A model generated the notes under the pieces. It had not been told where the DNA came from, did not search any database, and was given only the letters and a program-made list of their open reading frames with translations. A program made the position numbers and the translations under genes. This document shows positions 1-13,170 of a stretch of 64,000 bases of DNA, in pieces (the first letter of the stretch is position 1; the number at the start of each line of letters is the position of its first letter). This stretch comes from Eledone cirrhosa (taxonomy: Eukaryota): assembly GCA_964016885.1 (NCBI GenBank), contig OZ024742.1, forward strand, positions 156,860,001 to 156,924,000, in the 5' to 3' direction.

Positions 1-478
1 GAAATACGATAGGAATATATGAGATGAGAAATATATATAAAGAATGTTGTTTTGTGAGCTAATAAGAACTTAAGAGCAGTAGCTATATAAAACTGATATA
101 TTTGAAGAGCTGTATGATGAATATTCTGATATACCACGCAATCGGATATCGCCTAAGACTTCTCTTTGATCATTCCACAAATCAGGTATAGTGTCCGACC
201 AACCGATTGAAATACACCGTTATCGAATCCAACGTGCTTCATTTTTGAATCCAATATATATTTCTCATTTGATATCATCTGTCATTGTCCGATATCATGT
301 TGATTTTAGAAATAATATATCTCGGAAAACAGAGACAATACATCATCGGTATCTCTCAACGAAACACATATTTCCTTTGACAAATTTTCTCAATTGCAAT
401 AGCGATGTAACTGTAGTTTGAAGATTTAGTTTTAAGGCAACTCAATTATATTTTAAACTATATTTAAAATAATACATC

Positions 479-548
479 GAATATTATATGTCATACACAG
501 AACCTTTAAGAATATTATATGTCATACACAGAATCTTTAAGAATATTA
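479..548. repeat. 31-bp tandem duplication
   Basis: gaatattatatgtcatacacagaa(c/t)ctttaa occurs twice, followed by a partial third copy. Confidence 0.9.
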
Positions 549-1444
549 ATAAAACTTATTAATTTACAGAATATACTTGACCGTATGCTCTCGGAAGGAA
601 ATTAGCCCGACATTTAAATATATCAACACATTAAAGAAAGACTCAAAGGAGTCGCTTCTGCATAATCGCTCAATCTGTTAGATTTAGCAGCCTATTCTCC
701 CTCAAGCTATAATTCTGATGCGTTCAATATTGTAGCAACGCCCGCTAAATGTCAATATGGGAGAGCCAAGGCTGGATAATATTTGATCAAAAGAAGTTTA
801 AGGTCGATGCGTGATGAAATTTTACGACAATGATACAAACGATATTTATATAGTAAATCCACATTGTAACATATGTCGTTATAGGAATAATTTCGAATTA
901 GATATACGGTAAAATTATGGATTACGCCTACAGGCCATGGAAGAGATATAACCGAAAAGCTTTTAGCCTCTCAGCTTATACATTAAATACACAGCCTGTG
1001 GTTAAGACGTAGATGAACAATTCAGAAAGAAAATAATGCGCAGTTTTAAATTACTATTTAAAGAATTTTCTGAAAATCGAGAGAAATGAAATATTAAATT
1101 TATTTTTAATATACGCACGGGAAATAAATACTGACTTTAATATGGTTTGAAATTGTATATTTTTTCACAAAATAAATATGTTATGTATTGTTAAATTTCC
1201 ATAGGAAAATTGATATATAGTTGATACGTATGAATACTTTCAATTGATGTCATTTTATTTATTTTTGTATACCGAACGTTTATCAATATCCATGGTGTTC
1301 AATTATGAAATGAAAGCATGATTGAATAGAATAATTAAAATTTCTATAAATTAGATACATATTTAAACTTCTATTAAACCTACATTTTTATTGGAATCTT
1401 TATAACATATTTGAATTATATATGTGAAAAAGAATGATTCGACT

Positions 1445-1880
1445 GTTGGCATAAGGCCAGCAATTTGAAGTGGAGTACAAAGTAGATTAAATCGACCCTA
1501 ATGCAATAATGGTACGTACGTTATCGAAACCATAAGAACAGTATCCATAACCTCGGTCGGATTTGAATTCAAAACATGTATGTTGTTCGACGCTCTTGCG
1601 ATATTGCCAATCAACAACTTATAATTCCGCATTAAATAGTACTACCTCATAAACATAGATGCGCATACATAAGAAAGATTCCTACATTTAATTCATGGTC
1701 AGCAAACTGAAGAGAAATGGAAAGTCGATTAATTATAAGGTGGTACGTTACTGGCCCATTAATTTATAGACCTCGTAGGATGAAAGTAAAGCTGACCCTG
1801 TCATGAATTAAACCCAGAACGTAAAGGGCCGTAGCTATGTGCCAAAACACATGTTTACCGATGCACTACCGATAATGTCT
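1445..1880 (-). mobile_element. two old, degraded tRNA-derived SINE copies
   Basis: Diverged reverse-strand matches to the SINE below (ggcataaggccagcaattt, ttatcgaaacccataag, gtaggatgaaagtaaagctgaccc, gtaaagggccgtagct). Confidence 0.65.
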
Positions 1881-2360
1881 ATATACAACTTCCATAATAA
1901 ATAACACTAGCTCATAAACAAAGACACTCATACATAATAATCAAATATTCATATTTGCCAAAATTAGTCGATGCCAAACATGAAACGTATCTAATTATTC
2001 GAATGAAATCCCAATGCTTGTACCAAACTACTCAAATGAACCCCATTCATTATAACACAATAGTCTCAAAAACTAATACTACTACCACTACTGCTACTAA
2101 CGTTGCTGCTGCTGCAGAGAATGAAGCAGCTTCAACGCGGGAAGCGAACTACTTGTAGTGAAACGCCAAATATATATTTGTGTTCCATGATTTAGTGGAA
2201 ATTGTTTCTATTTTTTTGCGGTGAGTTAAATGTGTATTGTTTTTTAGAATGCTCTTCTATTAGGTATCAACCGGTTAGCTGTTCAAGCTATATTTAACTG
2301 TAAGCTTTCATATAATCCTGATTAACTGGTTAGACATAATCCACATTATTTCCTAAGTAA

Positions 2361-2548
2361 GCGGTGGATTGGCAGTATCGGTAGAGCATCTAACGCCATG
2401 CTTTGCAGCAAAGAGTTACGGACCTTTATGGTCTAAGTTTAAAACCCGCCGAGGTTAACTTTGCCTTTAATCCTTACGGGGTCGATAAAATAAAGTACCA
2501 GTTATACACCGGGATAATGCTGGCCTTGTGTCAAAAGTAGAAACAATT
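2361..2548 (+). mobile_element. tRNA-derived SINE (about 185 bp)
   Basis: A-box-like tggcagtatcgg, degenerate B box, core tttgcctttaatccttacggggtcgataaaataaagtaccag; flanking direct repeat attatttcc(ta/c)agtaagc. Confidence 0.9.
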
Positions 2549-5142
2549 ATTTCCCAGTAAGCAGAAAATTCTAAGTTAACGATCACTGGTCCAATATTAC
2601 TGAATAGCCTATTTAAGACTAATTTACGCCTTTGTATACAGTCCGTTATAGTGTTACTGACAAACCTGTAAACGAATATCGAACCTAAAGCGTCAATTCA
2701 AATACCTCCAATTCTTTCAATGTCCTACAAATTGATGAACTAATTAAAACGTAAAAGCAATATATTTATAGCGAAACAAAAATACATATACGTTACCATC
2801 ATTTCTAGTATATACATTAGCGAAATTGGAGAGGAATATCTGAAAAAATCTCGATAAATAATAATCGTTCGAAAGCCTATCGGATGCAGCGTACCTGTAA
2901 TGCAAAGGTTCGACCATGTCACATACTTGGTCATGTATAATCTTTTTGAAAATTATTTGAGGGTACACGTGTATGTGGAATGCCTAGCAATTTAGATTTC
3001 ATTTCATGAGCAGCGCGCTATTTTGAGCGAAAGTTTGGCAAGCACAACTTCGAATCTGAGATTCTATAATTTGTCCTATTCTAAGCAAATATTTTATTTT
3101 TAACGGGATTTTTTCTTTTCAGAATATTTTAAACAAGATATTTTGTTAGCGTATAAATGTATTCATTATACAAATGTCATTTATTTTTTCAATTTATTTT
3201 GCGAAGAATAGGCGGAGAGAAACGAATGTAAAGAAAAAAATGTACTTAAGAGTTAAGCAGCGTTCAAAGCTTGAAAAATACTTAATATGTAATTGTGTTT
3301 TTTTAATGTGATTTAGATTTATTTTATTTTCAAGGCAGAGAGTTTAGATATTTTTCTGACAATAAATGTTATATTCAAAACACCCTAAATTGAATTTCTG
3401 CTAAGCCATCTACAATGTTCTTTCGATGAATTTTTCTTCAACATTCATTGATATGACAATATTAGTTTTTGGGAATGTGTAATATTTAGAGTATTAAATT
3501 TACTATTTATCTATTTGACAGTTAAACATAATATGACACTCTTATCTTTCTGAAATGCATTGGTAAGTTTTCAAGCATTTATTTGACAATGCATTACATT
3601 ATTTCTATAGAAGAAAATACCATGATATCCGGCCTAAACGTAGGTCATCCTGCTTAGAGATATGTTTTTACATGTAGTTTATATATGGGATTGATATATG
3701 TTGCAATTTTAATATAAAAAATACAGGAATCATTGCAGCTTTGAGATCCTTAAATAGTTTTGAAAATGTATCCATTTATTAAACACTAGTTTTTTGGGTG
3801 CTATATTATAAGGGTGAGCAGATGGGATTTGGTAAAGCAAATACCGTGATGTGAAAAGTACGAGGGAAAAGCATTTTGTTTGCTGCAAAACACAGATTCA
3901 AATAATTCACTGTGATGATAGACAGACAAAAATCCAACATAAATACAGAATAGTAAATTTGAGAGGAATAATTCAGTGAACAAAACATTGTCTTCCCTGA
4001 TCTCACTGGACAGCATCAAAAAGATTCTGTAATACACCATCGTATTTCGAGCAGTGCTAAATCCAAATTTATTCTTCGGGTTATAGCCATGAATTGATTT
4101 TCATGTGATTTCCTCGACACCGCAATCCGTTGTAGATTAATACGGTATGGGCCTGCAAAGAACTATTAGAAATTAATATTATATAATAATTCAACTTACA
4201 AATACACTCTGCAACACTACAGAACACCCTCTTGCTTGTTTTGAGAGATAGAATATTAAGATGCGTTCTGAATATCTAAGATTGTGAGGACGGTTGATGG
4301 ACATGTAAAACATACACGGAATTACCAATATTGATGTTGAGCAAATTAAAACCAAAATTAAACTCCCAAACATTGTTAAAAATAGTAAAATTCTTGCAAG
4401 CGTGTGTTTTATTTTGTAGATTTTAGATTAGCTTTCAATCTCGAATAATTCACGTGCTAAATGCAATAATTTTTAAGATATACGATTTCTCATTTCAGCT
4501 AAAGTAGAGAAGATGAAAGGGGGGGGGGGGGGGAGATTAAGGGAGATAAATGAAAAGTGACAAAGAGTGATGGAGAGAAATAGAGATAGAGATAGAGAGA
4601 GACAGACAGATAGAGAGAGGGGGTGAGGGGTGAACAATGTGCAGGGGTAACATAAAATCAGGTTCAGGCTACAGCCAGATGAAATATGAAAATTATTTTA
4701 AATTACTGGGTTGTGCATTAGGTTGTGACGAGTAGCATGAACATTATACTCCGAAACAAATAGCAACGTTAGACATCGTGGAACGACAAACTTCGTGATA
4801 CGGGCATAATTATATATTAAAATCAGAAATGTTGGAGCAATAAACAGGATTAACATGAATGCCTCGCGTTCCATTGTTCCAAGAAATTCTATGTATAAGC
4901 CGGTCTTCGTGCATATCTGTGCGTGTATTTCGCGTACATGTCAAAGAAAAATGATTATGACGATTCAAATTGTAAAAAGAAATCGATTTGATCAAATATA
5001 TGGAAACAAAGAACATGAAGATTTATATGATCAAATTTATATGTATATAGACAAACTGACAGGTAAAGTATCAATTTCAAAAATGTAAATAATGTACTCG
5101 CCTTTAGATATTAACAGAAACAAGCAATCATTAAACACAAAC

Positions 5143-5643
<501 letters not shown>

Positions 5644-6516
5644 AATATGTATAGAGAAAAGCACACATGAGACAAGTATATATAATTGAATTTGCAAATG
5701 TTATTATATGAAATTTCACAGACATTTCTCTTTGTCCAAATTAGAATAAACTAATTTTCACTACGTAAACAATAATATTTATGTATTTATATACAAGGAT
5801 TAATTTGCTCTCTTCAAGAATTATATTTGTTGATATATCTATCCAAGTAGAAGAAGTAAAAATGGGGATCTTTCTGATATCACAGGATAGCAGTTCTTCA
5901 CAACATTTGTCACATACTGAGAGATAATTATGTTCTCATACATACGTACACACGAGCGAACAGTCTTTCCATCTGTCTCACTGAAATTGTCTCTCACAAA
6001 TGTACATGTGTTTATTGGTCAATGGAAAAATTAATCCCATGCAGTGAATGGTAATGCTCTTACCGATGTACCAAGTTTTCCCTTTCCGATCATTTTGTCA
6101 CATTTAGTACAATATATTTACTAGCACGAAGTTGCTAGATTGAACGGTTATAATTCCATAGCGGCATTATTTTGGGTCTCTATCATCTGCGGTCAAATTC
6201 CGTTGCCTTTCGTACATTGTCTTTTATCCTATCGTTATTGAGAATACTGTAAAAGTCATGTTCTTGGGTTCATTATATCAATATTTGTCCTTCCATTATA
6301 TTTTGTGACATAGTAGCTAAATGGGAAGTAAATATAATTACATTCACAAACACGTCAGATGTATGAGGAGGGAACGAGGAATAAGAATAAGAGAATTAGA
6401 AAAAAAGTAAACAAGGGAAAATAATAAAAGACATGCTCTATGCAATTTATACAATCTTAGTAATTTTTCACCCATCAAATGGCATCATTATTGTACTACT
6501 TTATTGCACTACCTTA

Positions 6517-6700
6517 GCACTGGATTGGCAGTATCGGTAGAGGGTTGGACGCCATGCTTTCCAGCATAGTTACGTCCCTTTACGATCTGAGTTCAAATCC
6601 CGCCGAGGTTGACTTTGCCTTTCATCCTTACGGGGTCGATAAAATAAAGTACCAGTAATGCACTGGGTAATTGCTGGCCTTGTGCCTAAAGTAGAAACAA
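6517..6700 (+). mobile_element. tRNA-derived SINE with TSD
   Basis: A box tggcagtatcgg, B box gagttcaaatccc; 16-bp TSD ttattg(c/t)actacctta. Confidence 0.93.
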
Positions 6701-6760
6701 TTATTGTACTACCTTATATTTGTTTTGACAAACTCTGATGAAACTTCGAATATATCCATT

Positions 6761-7130
6761 TTCTTCTTCTTCTTCTTCTTCTTCTTCTTCTTCTTCTTGA
6801 AACGGTCGTGTTAGCATAATGTTGACCAAAATCATAGGGATAGTTCTGAGCCCCTCTTAAGATCCGTTTTGTGCAGGTTTCTGTGGGGAGGCGCAGGGAT
6901 TGTCTTTTTTCTGCTCAGCGATCGTGTTGGGCTCTGTACAATAGATTCTCAGACAATGTCGATAAAATTCACGTGTCGTACAGATTGAGAAGGATGGTCT
7001 CCAGACATTGCATAGAGGTTTCGATTCTAAAGAAACGGCCCGAAGTGTTGAGCAAATGTGACGAACGGCCACCGGCACGGCACAGTTTCTAATCGGGGCA
7101 CTTGTTTACAAAGGAACCCAACGTGATTAT
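6761..7130 (-). mobile_element. possible LINE 3' remnant ending in a (GAA)n tail
   Basis: GC-richer block next to about 12 TTC units; minus-strand translation CAVPVAVRHIC loosely resembles LINE C-terminal Cys/His motifs. Confidence 0.3.
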
Positions 7131-7183
7131 TAATGTTCGATATTACCCATACCTACATATATATATGTATCTATCTCTCTCTC

Positions 7184-7216
<33 letters not shown>

Positions 7217-7221
<5 letters not shown>

Positions 7222-7405
7222 AACCAGTAAGACCCCCACGGCAGAGCTCAAGCCGTTTCGACGGCTAATTCTGGAATTAGCCGTCGAAACGGCTTGAGCT
7301 CTGCCGTCGGGGTCTTACTGGTTCCTATTACACACTCTACTACCCTAAGTATTGAGTACTTTGGTGCGTTATGGTCCACCTGGTTCCTTACCACATTTCC
7401 TTCGT
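7217..7405. mobile_element. fold-back fragment of a PLE terminal repeat (family PLE3)
   Basis: About 54-bp near-perfect inverted repeat at 7217-7328; the sequence matches 8540-8675 and 22018-22222; flanked by (TA)n. Confidence 0.7.
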
Positions 7406-7420
7406 TATATATATATATAT

Positions 7421-8105
7421 ATATGAAAAATATGAAATCATGACGTGCTGCGTGCTTGTAAATGGGTTACATATGAATAAATGTAGTCCTTCATCAGTGA
7501 TCTTCCAGCCTTCATTTGTATTTCATCGCTTTAAAGACCATATACCTCTAGATGGTACGAGCAACGGCTAAAGAAAGTCGTCGAGACACCTAAATAGGGG
7601 GAACGAGCGAGACAGTAAACAAACAAAAATGGTAATGCAACGAAATGTGTGGTAGAAGGAGTCAAGTCCCTGAAAACGATGAACATAAGTTCTGTGAAAC
7701 CGTGGACGAGAGAGAATAACATCCACACAACTTGGTCGAAATGTGCGTGAGGAAAGAATTTCGCACAGGTCAAACGGGAGAAAGAAGGAGTCAAGTCCCT
7801 GAAATCGATGAACATATGTTCTGTGAAATCGTAGACGAGAGAGAATAAAGACCATCCGACCTGGTCGAAGTGTGAGTGAGGAAAGAATCTCGCACAGGTC
7901 AAACGGTAGGAAGTAGCAGAGAGTGAGTGAGTGAAATTGTGAGGAAGAGGCTAACAGAGTAGAGTGGTAGATGGGGTAAAAGGAAGTGAGAGATACAGAG
8001 AAAAGGGGAGGCAGTAAGAAAGAAACAGACGTGTCACAGCAGAGGAAAATATATATGAAAAATATGAAAATATGGCGTGGTGCGTGGTTGCAGATGGGTT
8101 ACATA

Positions 8106-8110
<5 letters not shown>
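7421..8110 (-). mobile_element. about 630-bp terminally redundant non-coding element (family R630)
   Basis: About 60-bp direct repeats at 7421-7478 and 8053-8110; internal 120-bp duplication; homologous to 19495-20192; (TA)n on both sides. Confidence 0.8.
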
Positions 8111-8152
<42 letters not shown>

Positions 8153-8163
8153 TCATATAGCTA

Positions 8164-8212
<49 letters not shown>

Positions 8213-8223
8213 TCATATAGCTA

Positions 8224-8290
<67 letters not shown>

Positions 8291-8489
8291 AAAAGATAAC
8301 AAGGACGATTGGTTATACCGTCATTACATTTAATAGTAGGAGCCGAGTGGAATCGGCCACCCGAACACCCCAAGTAAGTAATCATCTTGTTGAGTCAACT
8401 GACGCGCAACGTTAGAACTATCCTCGATACAGAATACTCATATACTCTAATTGGATTGCCTTAAACTATACCTCGTTAACTTAAATATA

Positions 8490-8537
<48 letters not shown>

Positions 8538-8540
<3 letters not shown>

Positions 8541-9924
8541 CGAAGGAAATGTGGTAAGGAACCATATGGACCTAACGCACCAAATTACTCAATACTTAGG
8601 GTAGTAGTGTGGGTAATAGGAACGAGTAAGACCCCGACCACTGAGCTCAAGCCACTTCGACGGCTCATTCTGGACTAAATGAAAACGTTTATCCTGGTAA
8701 ATGAATAGCCGAGCTACTCCGGGGGTAATTCCATATATGGTAAAAGTGTTTGTCACAAGGATTGGTAAAAAGTTTGTTGTTGAGACACATAATTCTATCA
8801 TGGCATTTTGTGGAAGGAACGGGTAGCTGAACTTGCCAGTAGCAGAAAGAGGGAGAGGGAGTGGAGGAAACCCAGTCGTGCGTTGAAAGTGACAACTACA
8901 GCAGAATCCTAAGGATCAGAGGTTGAGAGAAGTATACTAGAGAGGGGGAGGGGGATTAAGTCGAAACAATAAGTAAATCTTTATTGAGTAAATATATAGA
9001 AAAATATAAGAATATTGAAAATATAAAAAAGCACAATTTCTGGTTACTATTCCCCTACGACAATCATCAAATCTCTCACTGGTACTGCTAAACTATAGAA
9101 AAGTTTAATAGGTGGGACGGAATACTAAATACGAGATTGTAGTGAAAGAATTCTATGAGTTAGTAGTAATCGGCCAAATCTATCTTACAATGACAGGTCA
9201 ACAATTAGGGGGCCAAAATACTGAAAAAAAAAACTAATACAAAATAATAATTCAGAGTCCCGAAAATGAATACTAATACGATATATAAGAGTACCGCTAC
9301 AATACATAAATTCTAATACAAGCTACATAAATGGTCGTACGATATATATGAAAAACTAATACGAAAAATTTAATACGAAAAATTAATTCAGAACCCCCCA
9401 CCCCCACCCCCACCCCGCAAAAAAAATACTGATATACGAGAAACTAAAGCAGGGATACCACTAAGAAATCTAGAAATCACAGAAATAGGGCAGCAATCAG
9501 ATAAGAAAGCAAGTATCAGGGGTCGAGCACATCTGCTATAAAAAGCGGAGTCGGCCAATTCTATCATAGAATAGGGGGTGGGGGTGGGCGTTCTGAGGCT
9601 ACAGAGGACCGAAGGGCTGCCTCGCGGTGGGTGAGAAGCTTAAAAGAACGACGACAAAGAAGGAGATCTGGGGTGGAAGGACTAGGAAGGGATGGGGGAT
9701 AATGAAATATAGAGGAAACGATAAAAAATATATAAGGAAATCTCACGTCTACCATTGTAAGCAGGGGTTACCCATTACAAATTCGGCAAATGGGGTGTCA
9801 CAGCCCTTGTCTACCCCCCCCCCCCGGGACATTATGAGGTTTGAGGGCGAGGTAAGTCCTACGCAATCTGTGTGTGCATGCAGTTACCAGTTCGTCTTTC
9901 TTGTTTAGGAGTTGGTACGTCGAA

Positions 9925-9928
<4 letters not shown>
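8538..9928 (-). mobile_element. 3' end of Penelope-like element PLE3 (ORF tail plus long 3' UTR/pLTR)
   Basis: Minus strand near 9865-9912 encodes LLNKKDELVTACTHR, matching the PLE C-terminal LNKRxEL..CxH motif (compare INRRTDLFSLCLH at 32320); (TA)n on both sides. Confidence 0.65.
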
Positions 9929-9959
<31 letters not shown>

Positions 9960-9963
<4 letters not shown>

Positions 9964-10714
9964 AGGAAAAATGAAACGAAATTTCATTTCCCACTCTTAG
10001 TACGGCTGTTACTTAAATATAAGTATGTACACGTACATACATATATGTATACAGACGTACAGTAGTATGTATATGTATATACATACATGCACATATATAT
10101 ATCTACGTATGGATTCACCGAACATTTATTATAATGCTGTGTGTTTGTAAACAAACATCCCGTATTAAGCCGTAGTGTCCAGCAACCATCGTTGTTTGAA
10201 TCCATACGTACATATATATATGTGTGCATGTATGTATATACATATACATACTACTGTACGTATGTATACATATATGTATGTACGTGTACATACTTATATT
10301 TAAGTAACAGCCGTACTAAGAGTGGGAAATGAAATTTCGTTTCATTTTTCCTGTTTATCGTATTCGGTGCACCCGGCCGATTAACCGACTCGATATGCAA
10401 ATTGGGTTACTCAGCCGTTAATATGCATAAGGTAAGTATATACTTTCAACAATCTGGCAGGAAGGTATACGTTGCTGATGATAGCTAATAAGCTTGAAAC
10501 TAGTACAGCGTTCCTTTGTCAGTGTTGAACAAACGAGCAACGATGGTTGCTGGACACTACGGCTTATTACGGGATGTTTGTTTACAAACACACAGAGCAT
10601 TATAATAAATGTTCGGTGAATCCATACGTACATATATATATGTGTGCATGTATGTATATACATATACATACTACTGTACGTCTGTATACATATATGTATG
10701 TACGTGTACATACT

Positions 10715-10720
<6 letters not shown>
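9960..10720 (+). mobile_element. HHR-containing 420-bp monomer element (family R420) with terminal redundancy and an upstream inverted segment
   Basis: 10198-10310 recurs at 10618-10718 (period 420); 9960-10195 is an inverted partial copy; relatives at 16815, 39780 and 62125. Confidence 0.85.
10470..10510 (+). ncRNA. minimal type I hammerhead ribozyme
   Basis: cgttg CTGATGA t-agct aata agct-t GAAA ctag TA cagcg: stem I, canonical core, stem II, palindromic mini stem III, UA cleavage site. Confidence 0.85.
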
Positions 10721-10800
<80 letters not shown>

Positions 10801-10802
<2 letters not shown>

Positions 10803-11313
10803 AAATAGGATTTTGCTTCAAGCATAGCATTATACAATTTGTATAAATATCTCGTATCTCCAATGAAATACGGTTTTAGGAAACCGTAGCTATGCAAACA
10901 CTGGGGAGGCTAACGCCCTCTGGTGATGTCCAGCACAAGCAAGGGGGACAACCCTCTATGCATTTTAGGTTTAACTGGCCTTCGTTAGGACGGTCCCTCC
11001 CACCGCCTGCGACTGTTGGACAAGGAGACAGGCGAGAATATATACGTTTCTCGTCTGTGTAAATGAGGGGATTAATCTCATTTGCATATGAAGCTGCATA
11101 AGTTGGCTCAACTTATAATAAAACAGAAATAGGATTTCGCTTCAAGCAGAGCTTTATACACTTTGTATAAATATTTCGTATCTCCAAAGAAATACGGTTT
11201 TAGTAAGCCGTAGCATTGCAAACACCGGAGGGCTAATGCCCTCTAGTGATGTACAGCAGAAGCAAGAGGAACAACCGTCTATGCATTTCAGGTTTAACTG
11301 GCCATCGTCAGGA
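10801..11313 (-). mobile_element. 324-bp monomer, 1.6 tandem copies, one HHR per unit (family R324)
   Basis: agaaataggattt at 10801 and 11125; many short hairpins; HHR motifs on the minus strand at 10951-10994 and 11274-11313. Confidence 0.85.
11274..11313 (-). ncRNA. minimal hammerhead ribozyme (5' strand of stem I truncated in this copy)
   Basis: Minus strand tc CTGACGA tgg ccagttaaa cct GAAA tgca TA gacggt; the other copy supplies accgtc (stem I) and agg/cct (stem II). Confidence 0.75.
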
Positions 11314-11354
11314 AATAAATACGGGTGCATACGATTGTGTATAGAAGATTTTAT

Positions 11355-11789
11355 TAATAAAAGGAATTCCAAGTTTGTCTGATTTACTCGTTTTATTTAG
11401 AATCCTTTAAAATGTATAATTGTATTATAATGAAATAGTATGGTAGACTATTTAATGTTAAGTGTTAATTGAACAAGTACGTTCATGCTTTCGCAATCTT
11501 CAGGTGCATATTCTGTGGTGACAGTTAAGTTTGCAATTTTCAACTGTGAAAATCTTCACAGTTGAAAATGTTCACAGTTGAAAATGTTCACAGTTGAAAT
11601 TTGCAAATTTGACTGTCACCACAGAATATGAACCTGAAGATTGCGAAAGCATGAAAGTATGAAAGTACTTGTTCAATTAACACTTAACATTTAATATTCT
11701 AACGTAGTTTTTCATTCTAATATCATTATACATTTTAAAGGATTGTAAATAAAACGAGTAACTCAGACAAATCTGGAATTCCTTTTATT
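11355..11789. repeat. long palindrome (about 195-bp arms) with an HHR motif in each arm
   Basis: Centre near 11552 with extra 15-bp ttcacagttgaaaat copies; right arm 11629-11675 reads gaac CTGAAGA t-tgc gaaa gca-t GAAA gta(tgaaagta)c TT gttc. Confidence 0.85.
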
Positions 11790-11801
11790 CATATATATAT
11801 A

Positions 11802-12130
11802 TATTAGAATTGGTGCTCTGAAATAGCTATATATATATATGAATGTATATATAGTGTAATTTGCAATACACTGTATGCTTAATGAAAAGCATTTCGAAGA
11901 CCTTATGCTATTGTTTTAGAGGAGTGACAGACTCACTTACTTTAATTTTCAGCAAACAGGGGGAGATAAAGCTGACAAGGCCTTGTTTCTCATTTATTGA
12001 TGCTTATCAAAGCCAACTACTCCTCCTGTTTGCTGAAATCATGGATGTTTGGTTCCTATAGAATTCTAGTAAATAATCAGGAACTGGTTATACAGAGCGG
12101 TTGCCGGTCAAGCAGAAATTGAAAATTAGA
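11802..12130 (-). mobile_element. about 320-bp element (family R310), diverged copy with a degenerate HHR
   Basis: Homologous to 43946-44410; minus strand 11969-12014 reads ggct TTGATAA ... GAAA caaggccttg TC agct. Confidence 0.75.
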
Positions 12131-12878
12131 TCTTACCGATCAGCTCGAGGAGCGAGCAATAATGCTCGTCTCTGCCTCTGGAATCGAAAGCTCCGCAGAT
12201 ATGTGTTCTCACATGTATGTAAACTCACGTTGCTAAATTGAGTTGATGGGCGGTGAAACATATGGAATGTGATTAAACTCTGTATATGATGCAACACTGA
12301 TTTTGTGTTCTCTAATTCATACAAACACACACATACACTCACACACAGCGTAAATTTGTCACCAGCCCCTTCATTTTACACACACATATACACGCAGGCA
12401 GCAAACGGAAAGAGAGAGGAGTATTATGATGATGTCAAACTACTCTCATTTTACATGTGAAAGGATCACAGAAATTTATGTATAGAATAATTAATAACAT
12501 TTTGATTGATATCAGTGATATTATCCTTCTTGTTACTAACAGCAAACTAACTATGCTGTTTCAGATGGCCATTTGCAATGAAATGAAAATTATTTCAAAC
12601 TGTTTTATGCATTCTGAAGAATATTTACTCTTGTAACTCCGATAATACACTTTAAATCAACATTGTATTTTATGTCTAATTTTTCAGAACACCATAACAT
12701 TTGGGCCCACACATTTCAATCAAATTGCATAGTTTTGCCATAAACATAAACCAAATGTTATGAAATTAAGTGAACATGTAGTAGCGTCAGAAAGTACATG
12801 GCAGACTGGGGCTTGTGACATTATATATATCCCATTTAATCTAATTTCTTAAATAATGTGTCGCTTCAGTTCTTTTGT

Positions 12879-13170
<292 letters not shown>

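Noticed and set aside
4000-4373. Possible minus-strand host exons (donor gtaagt near 4198, acceptor ttctttgcag near 4153)
   Set aside because: The implied intron is only about 46 nt and no frame gives a recognisable protein
6517-6610. SINE heads as tRNA genes
   Set aside because: They have A and B boxes but no complete cloverleaf, and they are always attached to the SINE body
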